This document shows, piece after piece, positions 1 through 7,271 of a stretch of DNA of 39,094 nt. Numbering within the stretch: the first letter of the stretch is position 1; each line of letters begins with the position of its first letter. This DNA is from a virus. Its lineage: Duplodnaviria; Caudoviricetes. The notes under the pieces were generated by a model. The model was not told where the DNA came from. It ran no database searches and saw nothing but the letters and a program-made list of their open reading frames with translations. The stretch lies in IMG/VR virus record IMGVR_UViG_3300048574_000242, positions 1-39,094 of that record. One strand, written 5' to 3'. The position numbers and the translations under genes were made by a program.

Positions 1-5
1 ATCTA

Positions 6-547
6 GGGGCCCGCCAAACCTAAAAAAAAAACCGCTCCACCAGCGGAGCGGTTGAAAGGTAAAACGCCCTTGCAGGCGATTTGTGGGCGCGAGAGGGCTC
101 GAATAGCACCCCTCGATGGGACCGCCGAACCGAATAAAAAAACCGCTCCATCAGCGGAGCGGTTGAAAGGTAAAACGCCTTTGCAGGCGATTTGTGGGCG
201 CGAGAGGGCTCGAATAGCATCCCTCGATGGGACCGCCGAACCGAACAAAAAAAACCGCTCCATCAGCGGAGCGGTTGAAAGGTAAAACGCCCTTGCAGGC
301 AATTTGTGGGCGCGAGAGGGCTCGAATAGCACCCCTCGATGGGACCGCCGAACCGAATAAAAAACCGCTCCATTAGCGGAGCGGTTGAAAGGTAAAACGC
401 CCTTGCAGGCGATTTGTGGGCGCGAGAGGGCCCGAATAACACCCCTCGATGGGGCCGCCGAACCGAATAAAAAAACCGCTCCATCAGCGGAGCGGTTGAA
501 AGGTAAAACGCCTTTGCAGGCGATTTGTGGGCGCGAGAGGGCTCGAA
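6..547 (-). repeat. Tandem array of ~111-bp tRNA-linked repeats (about 5 units); each unit carries the 3' ~21 bp of tRNA-Val plus an intrinsic terminator
   Basis: GTGGGCGCGAGAGGGCTCGAA (one copy with a single change) starts at 83, 194, 306, 416 and 527 (period 110-112). Each unit has the hairpin AACCGCTCC-N6-GGAGCGGTT preceded by an A-run, which is a U-tail on the minus strand. Confidence 0.92.
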
Positions 548-564
548 CCTCCGAACCTCACGGA
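527..564. other. att site (left): displaced 3' half of tRNA-Val, 38 bp
   Basis: GTGGGCGCGAGAGGGCTCGAACCTCCGAACCTCACGGA is identical to 37114-37151. Confidence 0.95.
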
Positions 565-618
565 AGCTACAATCAAGCCCCGTGATACCACACTTTTTAA
601 GCGGTTTTCACTGCTGCG

Positions 619-627
619 TGATACAAT
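619..627 (+). promoter_or_regulatory. Putative extended -10 promoter for xis-int
   Basis: TG-A-TACAAT at 619-627; no good -35. Predicted start ~634, directly at the structured leader. Confidence 0.45.
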
Positions 628-634
628 CTACTTA

Positions 635-740
635 CGGTTGCCAGACCTATCGCGAAGCCCGGTTGCACACACAACTGGCTTATTTATTTTAATGCCTGCT
701 GCTGGCAGCCGAATCTATCACGGAGGTGTGGCGTGCCAGC
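635..740 (+). promoter_or_regulatory. Structured xis-int leader (UGCCAG-loop hairpin, CACACA-loop terminator-like hairpin, RBS-sequestering stem)
   Basis: GGT-TGCCAG-ACC (636-647); CCGGTTG-CACACA-CAACTGG (659-678) followed by CTTATTTATTTT; GCTGGCA (701-707) can pair with TGCCAGC (734-740) across the GGAGG RBS and GTG start. Confidence 0.6.
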
Positions 741-1143
741 GCCTAAACTTAATCGCGGCAAGATGATCAAAGCGGAACAGCTTTTCGATATGCTCTACAA
801 ACCTTCAGAGCTGGCGGAAGAGCTGGGTGTTTCTACGGAAACGTTGTACCGGAGTTATATTCCGGCGGGCGCACCGATAACCAGGCAAGGCGGGATAATT
901 TGGATCAACGGCCAGGCGTTTTACAGGTGGGCGGCGCAATCGGTGGCGACCACCAGACGGGGGAAGATTAAGCGCGAGCTGGCGCCAGGCGAGGGGTATT
1001 GCCTGCGCTGCAACCAGGTAATAGCGATGGGGAATATCAGCCGAAGACCACACAGCCGGCGGTTGAACATCGTCCAGGTATCGGGAATCTGCCCGGTGTG
1101 CGGCGCGAAGGTCAATCGGCTGGTGAAGGAGAGCGCGTCATGA
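733..1143 (+). CDS. Excisionase/RDF-like HTH protein with C-terminal Zn-ribbon (DUF5679-like)
   Basis: LYKPSELAEELGVSTETLYR HTH; CLRC...GICPVCGAKVNRL; GGAGG RBS; ATGA overlap with integrase. Confidence 0.7.
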   Translation: MPAPKLNRGKMIKAEQLFDMLYKPSELAEELGVSTETLYRSYIPAGAPITRQGGIIWINGQAFYRWAAQSVATTRRGKIKRELAPGEGYCLRCNQVIAMGNISRRPHSRRLNIVQVSGICPVCGAKVNRLVKESAS

Positions 1144-2126
1144 TCCACCGGCAGAACTGGCTGGACGTGAAGACGTACGTTCAATTTCAGGTCGAGGTGA
1201 TGCAGGTGGACCCGGCCAGCGCGAAGGCTTTCTGGAGCCGGCTGCGTCATCTGATTGTCTGGGCGGACGATAAACCCTTCGCAAAGGCTGGGAAAATCCG
1301 CCCGACTTTTCCGGCTTATATCGAGGGACGCACCACGCGCCAGGGCAAGCCCTTCACCGCGGCGGGACTGGATGCGATCTACAAAACGACGCGCAATTTC
1401 TTTAGCTGGGCGAAGGTCGAATATCCCACGCGGTACAAGACCGTGGAGCAAAGTTTCGTGCAGAGCCTGCGCACGTCGCGCGCGCGGAGCGAGGCTGCAG
1501 TCATCCACAAGCGGGAGGTGTACACCCTGGAGGATGTCCTGAAGCTGGTTTCCGTGCCGGCAAGCTCCACAGCGGAAAGACGGCTGCGCGCAGCGGTGGC
1601 CTTCCTGTTCCTGAGCGGAATGCGCGTGGGGGCTTTTGTGACGCTGCCGATCAACTGTGTCAACCTGCGGCAAAACCAGATCATCCAGGACCCTGGCCAG
1701 GGGGTGCACACGAAGAACTCGAAAGCGGGCGTGACGCACTTGTTGGGATCGATCCCGGAGCTGCTGGACATCGTGGAGGAGTGGGATCAGGAGATTCGCG
1801 CGGCGTTGCCGGGCGACGCGTATTGGTACGCGCACCTGGACCGGTTTGGGGAGCTGACCACGGAGAAGCCCAAGGGGAATCGCTACAATTCACGGCACGA
1901 CTTCCGGGACAGCTTGGTAGCGCTGTGCGCGCGGGCCGGCGTTGAGTACCTTTCCCCGCACAAGCTGCGGCACGGGTTCACGGTGTACGCTTACAAGCGC
2001 GCAACCACGCGCGCGCAGACCAAGGCGGTCAGCCAGAACTTGATGCACTCGGACGAAGCGACGACCGACCGGATTTATGCGAAGCTGACGGACGACGACG
2101 TCAAGGATATTATTTCGAGCCTGTGA
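1140..2126 (+). CDS. int: Tyrosine recombinase/integrase
   Basis: Catalytic motifs SGMRVG (R), TKNSK (K), HKLRH (HxxR), LMHS...RIY (H, Y); start taken at ATG 1140. Confidence 0.93.
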   Translation: MIHRQNWLDVKTYVQFQVEVMQVDPASAKAFWSRLRHLIVWADDKPFAKAGKIRPTFPAYIEGRTTRQGKPFTAAGLDAIYKTTRNFFSWAKVEYPTRYKTVEQSFVQSLRTSRARSEAAVIHKREVYTLEDVLKLVSVPASSTAERRLRAAVAFLFLSGMRVGAFVTLPINCVNLRQNQIIQDPGQGVHTKNSKAGVTHLLGSIPELLDIVEEWDQEIRAALPGDAYWYAHLDRFGELTTEKPKGNRYNSRHDFRDSLVALCARAGVEYLSPHKLRHGFTVYAYKRATTRAQTKAVSQNLMHSDEATTDRIYAKLTDDDVKDIISSL

Positions 2127-2132
2127 ATCAGC

Positions 2133-2165
2133 AACCTCCGCGGACAGCCCGCGGAGGTTTTTTTA
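2133..2165 (+). terminator. Intrinsic terminator after int
   Basis: AACCTCCGCGG-ACAGC-CCGCGGAGGTT followed by a T-run. Confidence 0.85.
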
Positions 2166-2237
2166 TAAAAAGTTGCAGCGAATGATGATTTCTGTGTCAT
2201 AATACTAGAAATAAATTTCTAAAAGGTTAAGCAGAGA

Positions 2238-2987
2238 ATGAACCATTCCGGCATCGAAATCTGGCAGGGGGATTGTTTTGAATTGATGGGGAAGATCGCG
2301 GATCAGTCCGTGGATGCAATCATCACCGACCCGCCTTACGGGACGACCCGGCTGGAATGGGATCAGAAGATCGACCTGGCGGCCTGGTGGGAAGCGGCCG
2401 GCCGGGTAATTAAACCGAGCGGGGTAATCGCCATGTTCGCCGCGCAGCCCTTCGCCACGGACCTGATCAACTCGAACCGCAAGTGGTTCCGCTACGAGCT
2501 GATCTGGCGCAAGTCGCGAGCGGTGGGCTTTCTGGACGCGAATAAACGGCCGCTGCGGGCGCACGAGAATATTCTGATTTTCTCGCGCTATTTCAAACGC
2601 TCGAACGACGGCAAGCGCGCGGCCAGCACGTACAACCCGCAGTTCACGCTTGGGAAGCCGTATAAAAAGAGTGGCGGGTTGAATCACACCGCTCATTATG
2701 GAAAAGTGATCGAGCAGCCGGCCAGGGAAAACGACGGGCGCCGCTACCCGGTGGACGTGCTCGATTTCGCCAGCGACAATAACGCGCGGTCGCTGCACCC
2801 CACGCAGAAGCCGCTGGAGCTGGTGAAGTGGTTGGTACTGACCTATACCAATGCTGGCGAGCTGGTGCTGGACCCCTTTGCCGGCTCAGGGACAACGCTG
2901 GTAGCGTGCAAATATGAAGATCGATGTGCAATTGGTATTGAGCAATCCGAAAAACATATAAATGTATGTTTATCTCGCTTGGAATGA
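2238..2987 (+). CDS. Orphan N4C/N6A DNA methyltransferase (beta class)
   Basis: DPPY motif IV near the N-terminus, HPTQKP, and DPFAGSGTT motif I near the C-terminus. Confidence 0.92.
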   Translation: MNHSGIEIWQGDCFELMGKIADQSVDAIITDPPYGTTRLEWDQKIDLAAWWEAAGRVIKPSGVIAMFAAQPFATDLINSNRKWFRYELIWRKSRAVGFLDANKRPLRAHENILIFSRYFKRSNDGKRAASTYNPQFTLGKPYKKSGGLNHTAHYGKVIEQPARENDGRRYPVDVLDFASDNNARSLHPTQKPLELVKWLVLTYTNAGELVLDPFAGSGTTLVACKYEDRCAIGIEQSEKHINVCLSRLE

Positions 2988-3012
2988 ACTGCTCTTGCCT
3001 AATCAAAAAAAA

Positions 3013-4293
3013 TTAGGCAGATTCGGTTTCATTAATGGTTTGTTTACATATCTTCAAGAATGCTGACATTTCTTCAACAAGGTTAATAACACTTCTCATC
3101 ACTTCGATGTTTCTCTCCCAGAACATTCTGTCTACTAATTCCTCGGAGGTTCTATTGAACTCTAATAAGATGTCTACTAATTCCTTATCGCGAAAGGAGA
3201 AAGAATTCGAATTTGTCTTCCCTGAATACTCAGAGAAAATTCGTAACCGTACATCTCTGAGCGAATCATCAGGAACTTCTACATCATAGGATTTACTAAT
3301 TGGCAATAACCTGTGAAAGGCTTTGTTCCTTACTTTAGCTATTTGGTCTTTATAATCAGATAATTTAGGCTTTTTAATTTCTGTTGCCCAAGGCAAATTT
3401 TTTAAAGCTGTCGAGAATCTATATTGATAAAGAAATGTGCCAAAAAGCAGAATCGGTTTTAAATCACTAACTTGTACTAAAAGCCTTACGATTTTCATCG
3501 CATCATCTGTGAAGTTGTAGGCTATTCGCAATAATTCTGTTGTAAGAGGTATTTCTAGATTTAATAAATCAAAATTAGTAATTTCATCTTGATATTTAAT
3601 TAATTGGTCTTTCAAGGGAAGAACTAAACTATCTAAAAAATATACAGTATCCGGATTAATGGTCTTTGGAATTATCAGTCGAGCATAAGCTTCCTTCTGT
3701 AAATTACCGAAGGAAGTCATCATTGCCTGTCTTAGTTTTAATTTTTCAACATCATTAGTGGTACTAATATTTGATTCGATATATTGCCAAATTTGATAAG
3801 TCTCATCGATATTTTTTACATATAAAACACTATTATCAAGCATAGCTAGTTGAGGTAAAGAAGAATTGAGAATAATTTTAGAAATTAATTGATGATCAAC
3901 TGAAGATTCAAATATTAAGCTATCATCAATTTCGCTTATTAAAATTAGAACCAAATCCCCTAGAAGGGCTAGTTGTTTTCTAACAAAATCAGCCAGTGGA
4001 ATAATATCGATAATTCTTGAATCGTTTCTTGCTATGAGTGAGTAATCTTTATTAATAGTTATACCGGATAAAACAAAAACATCGGTCTCGGTTACTTTAT
4101 TTTTATCAGCTAAAATTCCTAGATAGTATTCACTTTTTTTTGTCCTCGCTTTATTATCTCTGAAAGGGAAGGAGTTATTTATAAGTAAATATTTGTTATT
4201 TAGTCCCGAAAATGATGACATTTTGGTAGACCAATCAGTAGAAATCAGGAATTCATCAATTTGAAATAGAATTTTGGAAATAATCGTGTCCAT
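3013..4293 (-). CDS. Hypothetical AT-rich protein with a possible HEPN RNase motif
   Basis: 426-aa ORF with RBS; RNKAFH (Rx4H) in a helical C-terminal region; strongly AT-rich. Confidence 0.6.
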   Translation of the reverse strand: MDTIISKILFQIDEFLISTDWSTKMSSFSGLNNKYLLINNSFPFRDNKARTKKSEYYLGILADKNKVTETDVFVLSGITINKDYSLIARNDSRIIDIIPLADFVRKQLALLGDLVLILISEIDDSLIFESSVDHQLISKIILNSSLPQLAMLDNSVLYVKNIDETYQIWQYIESNISTTNDVEKLKLRQAMMTSFGNLQKEAYARLIIPKTINPDTVYFLDSLVLPLKDQLIKYQDEITNFDLLNLEIPLTTELLRIAYNFTDDAMKIVRLLVQVSDLKPILLFGTFLYQYRFSTALKNLPWATEIKKPKLSDYKDQIAKVRNKAFHRLLPISKSYDVEVPDDSLRDVRLRIFSEYSGKTNSNSFSFRDKELVDILLEFNRTSEELVDRMFWERNIEVMRSVINLVEEMSAFLKICKQTINETESA

Positions 4294-4337
4294 TTTTCCC
4301 TCCTAAAGCTTTTGCGAATTCATTGCAGAAAAAAATC

Positions 4338-5057
4338 TTACATCATTTCCTTTGCAGCAATTTTCGTCAACATCTTGATTATTCTGGGACCGAGTTCCTG
4401 AACCAAGTCGAATTGATTGTCGGTGATAGGCTCACCATGAATCCCAGGCGATACAACTGAATAGACCGTACGAATCGAATCAACGACACTCCTCGGTAAC
4501 GATTGGCTTTTATCGAGATCGTTGAGGAGACCAATACCAGATTTTCTTGGTGGATTTTGATGATAGACGGATTTCCAAATATTTTTAATCTCTTTTTCTA
4601 TGTTGAAACGAATCGTGAATAGGTAAATCACCCGGTTATCTGCCTCAACCAAGTTTTCCACTTGATTAGAGACTTGCCCTGGGTCGGTTCCTAATCGACT
4701 AATCACATCCTGTAAGGCATTTTGAAGTTCTTCTCTGAGGAAAGGTAATATCGAATCTGGAGGAGAAGAATAAAAGTTTGTGCTTGCACTTGCCGTATTT
4801 GAATTGGAATTACTTATAAGGAATTCTTTTAACTCACCGACGGTTTTTTCGATTTCTTGTTTTATACGAAAACCAAAAATATCGACCTCTGAAAACAACG
4901 GAACGAAAATTAAAACAGTCCACGCTAATATAAGAATCCATTCAAGAAAGTCATCACCAATTATTGGTTTCCAAAAGAAATTCACGATTAAAGTACAAGA
5001 TAAAATTGATGATAAACATACCCACCAAATCATTTTAAATTTTTCGGAAAACTTCAT
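4338..5057 (-). CDS. Two-TM membrane protein with HEPN-like C-terminal helical domain
   Basis: Two N-terminal hydrophobic helices; NIEKEIK...SIRTVYSVVSPGIHG resembles a degenerate HEPN. Confidence 0.55.
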   Translation of the reverse strand: MKFSEKFKMIWWVCLSSILSCTLIVNFFWKPIIGDDFLEWILILAWTVLIFVPLFSEVDIFGFRIKQEIEKTVGELKEFLISNSNSNTASASTNFYSSPPDSILPFLREELQNALQDVISRLGTDPGQVSNQVENLVEADNRVIYLFTIRFNIEKEIKNIWKSVYHQNPPRKSGIGLLNDLDKSQSLPRSVVDSIRTVYSVVSPGIHGEPITDNQFDLVQELGPRIIKMLTKIAAKEMM

Positions 5058-5101
5058 AGTTGTTTCTCCAAGAAAAAATTTATTCTGAGTGAAAGCAAAA
5101 C

Positions 5102-5329
5102 TTAGAAATCATCTTGGACTTCTTCAGATTTCTTAGCTATTTGTTCTTTTTTTTGAAAGGGACATAGGCCGGCGGCGGTCAGCCCCAGCACCGCCAGGCC
5201 GAGCGCGGCTAGGAGGATGCCGGCCAGGAAGGAACAGCGCGCGCCGATCAGAAGGAACACCAGGCTGAGCAGCAGTGCGGCGAACTGAATAGTAAATAAG
5301 TACGAAAAGGATGTCCTTCGCTTCATCAT
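5102..5329 (-). CDS. Small two-TM protein; paralogous to the N-terminal anchor of the thermonuclease gene
   Basis: QFAALLLSLVFLLIGARCSFLAGILLAALGLAVLGL is nearly identical to the N-terminus of 7272..9125. Confidence 0.6.
   Translation of the reverse strand: MMKRRTSFSYLFTIQFAALLLSLVFLLIGARCSFLAGILLAALGLAVLGLTAAGLCPFQKKEQIAKKSEEVQDDF
5166..5287. repeat. 122-bp direct repeat, copy 1 (copy 2 at 8962-9083)
   Basis: About 8 mismatches over 122 bp by manual alignment; GC-rich patch within AT-rich DNA. Confidence 0.9.
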
Positions 5330-5883
5330 TTCTTGAGTGAAAGTAAGGTGCTTTCGTAAGCCTTGGCTTTCGTTTCGTCTAGGTCGCCATTGATCTGCAC
5401 CAGGATATTATCTTTGGTGAATACCCATGAATCAAAAGCGGCGCTTTGTTCGCCGAGCGCGACATAATAATTTTGAGTGGTTTCCAACCCAACCGGGTCG
5501 GAAAACGCGAATATACGACCGCCGCAATCGGAACATAATGACGGTATAAAGAAATGCGTCGTATCATCCGTCATATAAGGTGCCAATCCAAAATCTTCTC
5601 TCGTCATTTTGGTTGGATTCGTAACTTCCAGCCCTGCATCTTCAAATGCTTGGATAACTTCGGCGGAGGTCCACAATGCAAATTTTGGAGTGGCTGTGAC
5701 TTCAGGGGTAGCTGTTACGGGAACTGGCGTAGCTGTCACTACCCGTTCAACTATCTGTGTGACAATTACTGTTTCCTTCACGATTCGGGTTACTTCCACT
5801 TCTGCGGGTATAGCTTGACCGCAACCGCCTATAAATAAGCTGGTTATGAAAATAGTTTCAAGTAGATGGCTGATTTTTTTCAT
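5326..5883 (-). CDS. Putative lipoprotein
   Basis: Signal peptide ending FIGGC, EVTRIV/TATP low-complexity linker, globular C-terminal domain. Confidence 0.75.
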   Translation of the reverse strand: MKKISHLLETIFITSLFIGGCGQAIPAEVEVTRIVKETVIVTQIVERVVTATPVPVTATPEVTATPKFALWTSAEVIQAFEDAGLEVTNPTKMTREDFGLAPYMTDDTTHFFIPSLCSDCGGRIFAFSDPVGLETTQNYYVALGEQSAAFDSWVFTKDNILVQINGDLDETKAKAYESTLLSLKK

Positions 5884-5915
5884 GCGGCCTCCATTATTTT
5901 CCTCTTCCCGGCTTA

Positions 5916-6611
5916 TTAGATAGTTTTCCGCCCTGCGTCTGTAAGCTTTTTGTTCAATGCCTCTCGCTTGGCAGCATCTTCTGCAGGTTGAATGTAATAA
6001 AACTGAAATAGAGTTTTAAGAGCCGATAAATTCCATTCCACCTCTTCGGGTTCGACATCGACGATTTCACCTGTGGTTTGAGACTTAATTGGGTGAGCTG
6101 AAAAATTCCCGATTTCGCGAACGGCGTCTAAATTTTTCGATACGTAACTGGGAATAGTCTTCTTCGCAGCATCAATTTGATCACTCAAATTGCGTTGGTT
6201 AAATCCCTGCTCGTTCAATACGGTTTGTAAGCATCTTCGTGACAATGCGGCGCTTGCTTTTGGGCTGATTTGTAAGGTGTTCACTGCTTCTACATAATCT
6301 TCAGCGATTTGTGTAGGTATTGATGCGTGTAGATTGGCACTATTAATTCTTTTTGGCCAAATTAATTCGTTTGATACTTCGATCATTCCGTATTGATCTT
6401 CGCTTTCACTATATTTTGAAATTGAAATAATATGATCGTGGCAGTTTGGGCAAACGCAAATATGTAGTTCATAAAGGCTGATTTCTGCTTTAAATCGAAA
6501 TGAGTCTAAAACACTTAATCCAACTGGTTCTTGAAGCATTACGACTGTTTTGCACAGAGGGCATTTTACTGTTTCGTTTGCGACATAGCGACAATTCTCG
6601 GACATGACCAC
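5916..6611 (-). CDS. DUF4145 (HEPN-family) protein with N-terminal Zn-ribbon
   Basis: CPLC...CPNC; DYVEA...SPKASAALSRRCLQ...LSDQID...VREIGNFSAHP. Confidence 0.85.
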   Translation of the reverse strand: MVMSENCRYVANETVKCPLCKTVVMLQEPVGLSVLDSFRFKAEISLYELHICVCPNCHDHIISISKYSESEDQYGMIEVSNELIWPKRINSANLHASIPTQIAEDYVEAVNTLQISPKASAALSRRCLQTVLNEQGFNQRNLSDQIDAAKKTIPSYVSKNLDAVREIGNFSAHPIKSQTTGEIVDVEPEEVEWNLSALKTLFQFYYIQPAEDAAKREALNKKLTDAGRKTI

Positions 6612-6695
6612 CTAACCTTTCGGATTCTGATTTGTAACCTTTGTATTATCCATTCACTATTATCAAGATGATCTCTAATGTAATCTAGGAAGTCA

Positions 6696-7208
6696 CTAAT
6701 ATTCTCTCAGTGCTTTAAGTGCTAGATCAGCTAAAACTTTTGTAGCGACTTCAAAAGAGAAATTGCCGATTTTTTCCATAATTTTTTTGCCTTCGTTCCA
6801 CTTTTTCTCGTCTCTAGCTGCATCGAGAAATTCATGACCGTTCCAGGTCAATCTCCTTGGTTCGACTGTGAGCGTGTCCCTTACTGGTCTGGTTACGCCG
6901 TCGATATAACCGGCTTCGTACAATAAAAGAAGATGATAATTCACCTGTTCTTTCGAATAATTAGGGAAAGCAAGGCTAGCGGCGGGCATTACGTTTTGCG
7001 CGTCTGGTTTCTCCTCGATCTTGAGAAGCAATTTCCTTATCAGGTCTAAATCTCTTTTCATATGGATAGGTTCCTTAAAAAAACCCCCGGAATTAGTACT
7101 GCTTTCTGAATCTTTCACCCTAACCTCGCCGCCTGCTACATTGAGTTGCCAATGATCGCCATCATCGCCGCGATAATGATCAAAACGAAAATTATCTGAG
7201 CTAGTCAT
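6696..7208 (-). CDS. DUF2513 winged-helix protein (family-typical start may be 7061)
   Basis: MKRDLDLIRKLLLKIE...YHLLLLYEAGYI...LTWNGHEFLDAAR. Confidence 0.8.
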   Translation of the reverse strand: MTSSDNFRFDHYRGDDGDHWQLNVAGGEVRVKDSESSTNSGGFFKEPIHMKRDLDLIRKLLLKIEEKPDAQNVMPAASLAFPNYSKEQVNYHLLLLYEAGYIDGVTRPVRDTLTVEPRRLTWNGHEFLDAARDEKKWNEGKKIMEKIGNFSFEVATKVLADLALKALREY

Positions 7209-7271
7209 TACTTGTTGTTTGCAGATTTAGGAGAGTCGTTTTCCAAGCACACCACCTTATAAAAACGAACC

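Noticed and set aside
6-547. CRISPR array
   Set aside because: Whole ~111-bp units are near-identical with no unique spacers, they contain a tRNA fragment, and there are no cas genes.
3-766. Short ORFs over the repeat array and att site
   Set aside because: Translations of the repeat and tRNA sequence; no RBS or protein-like character.
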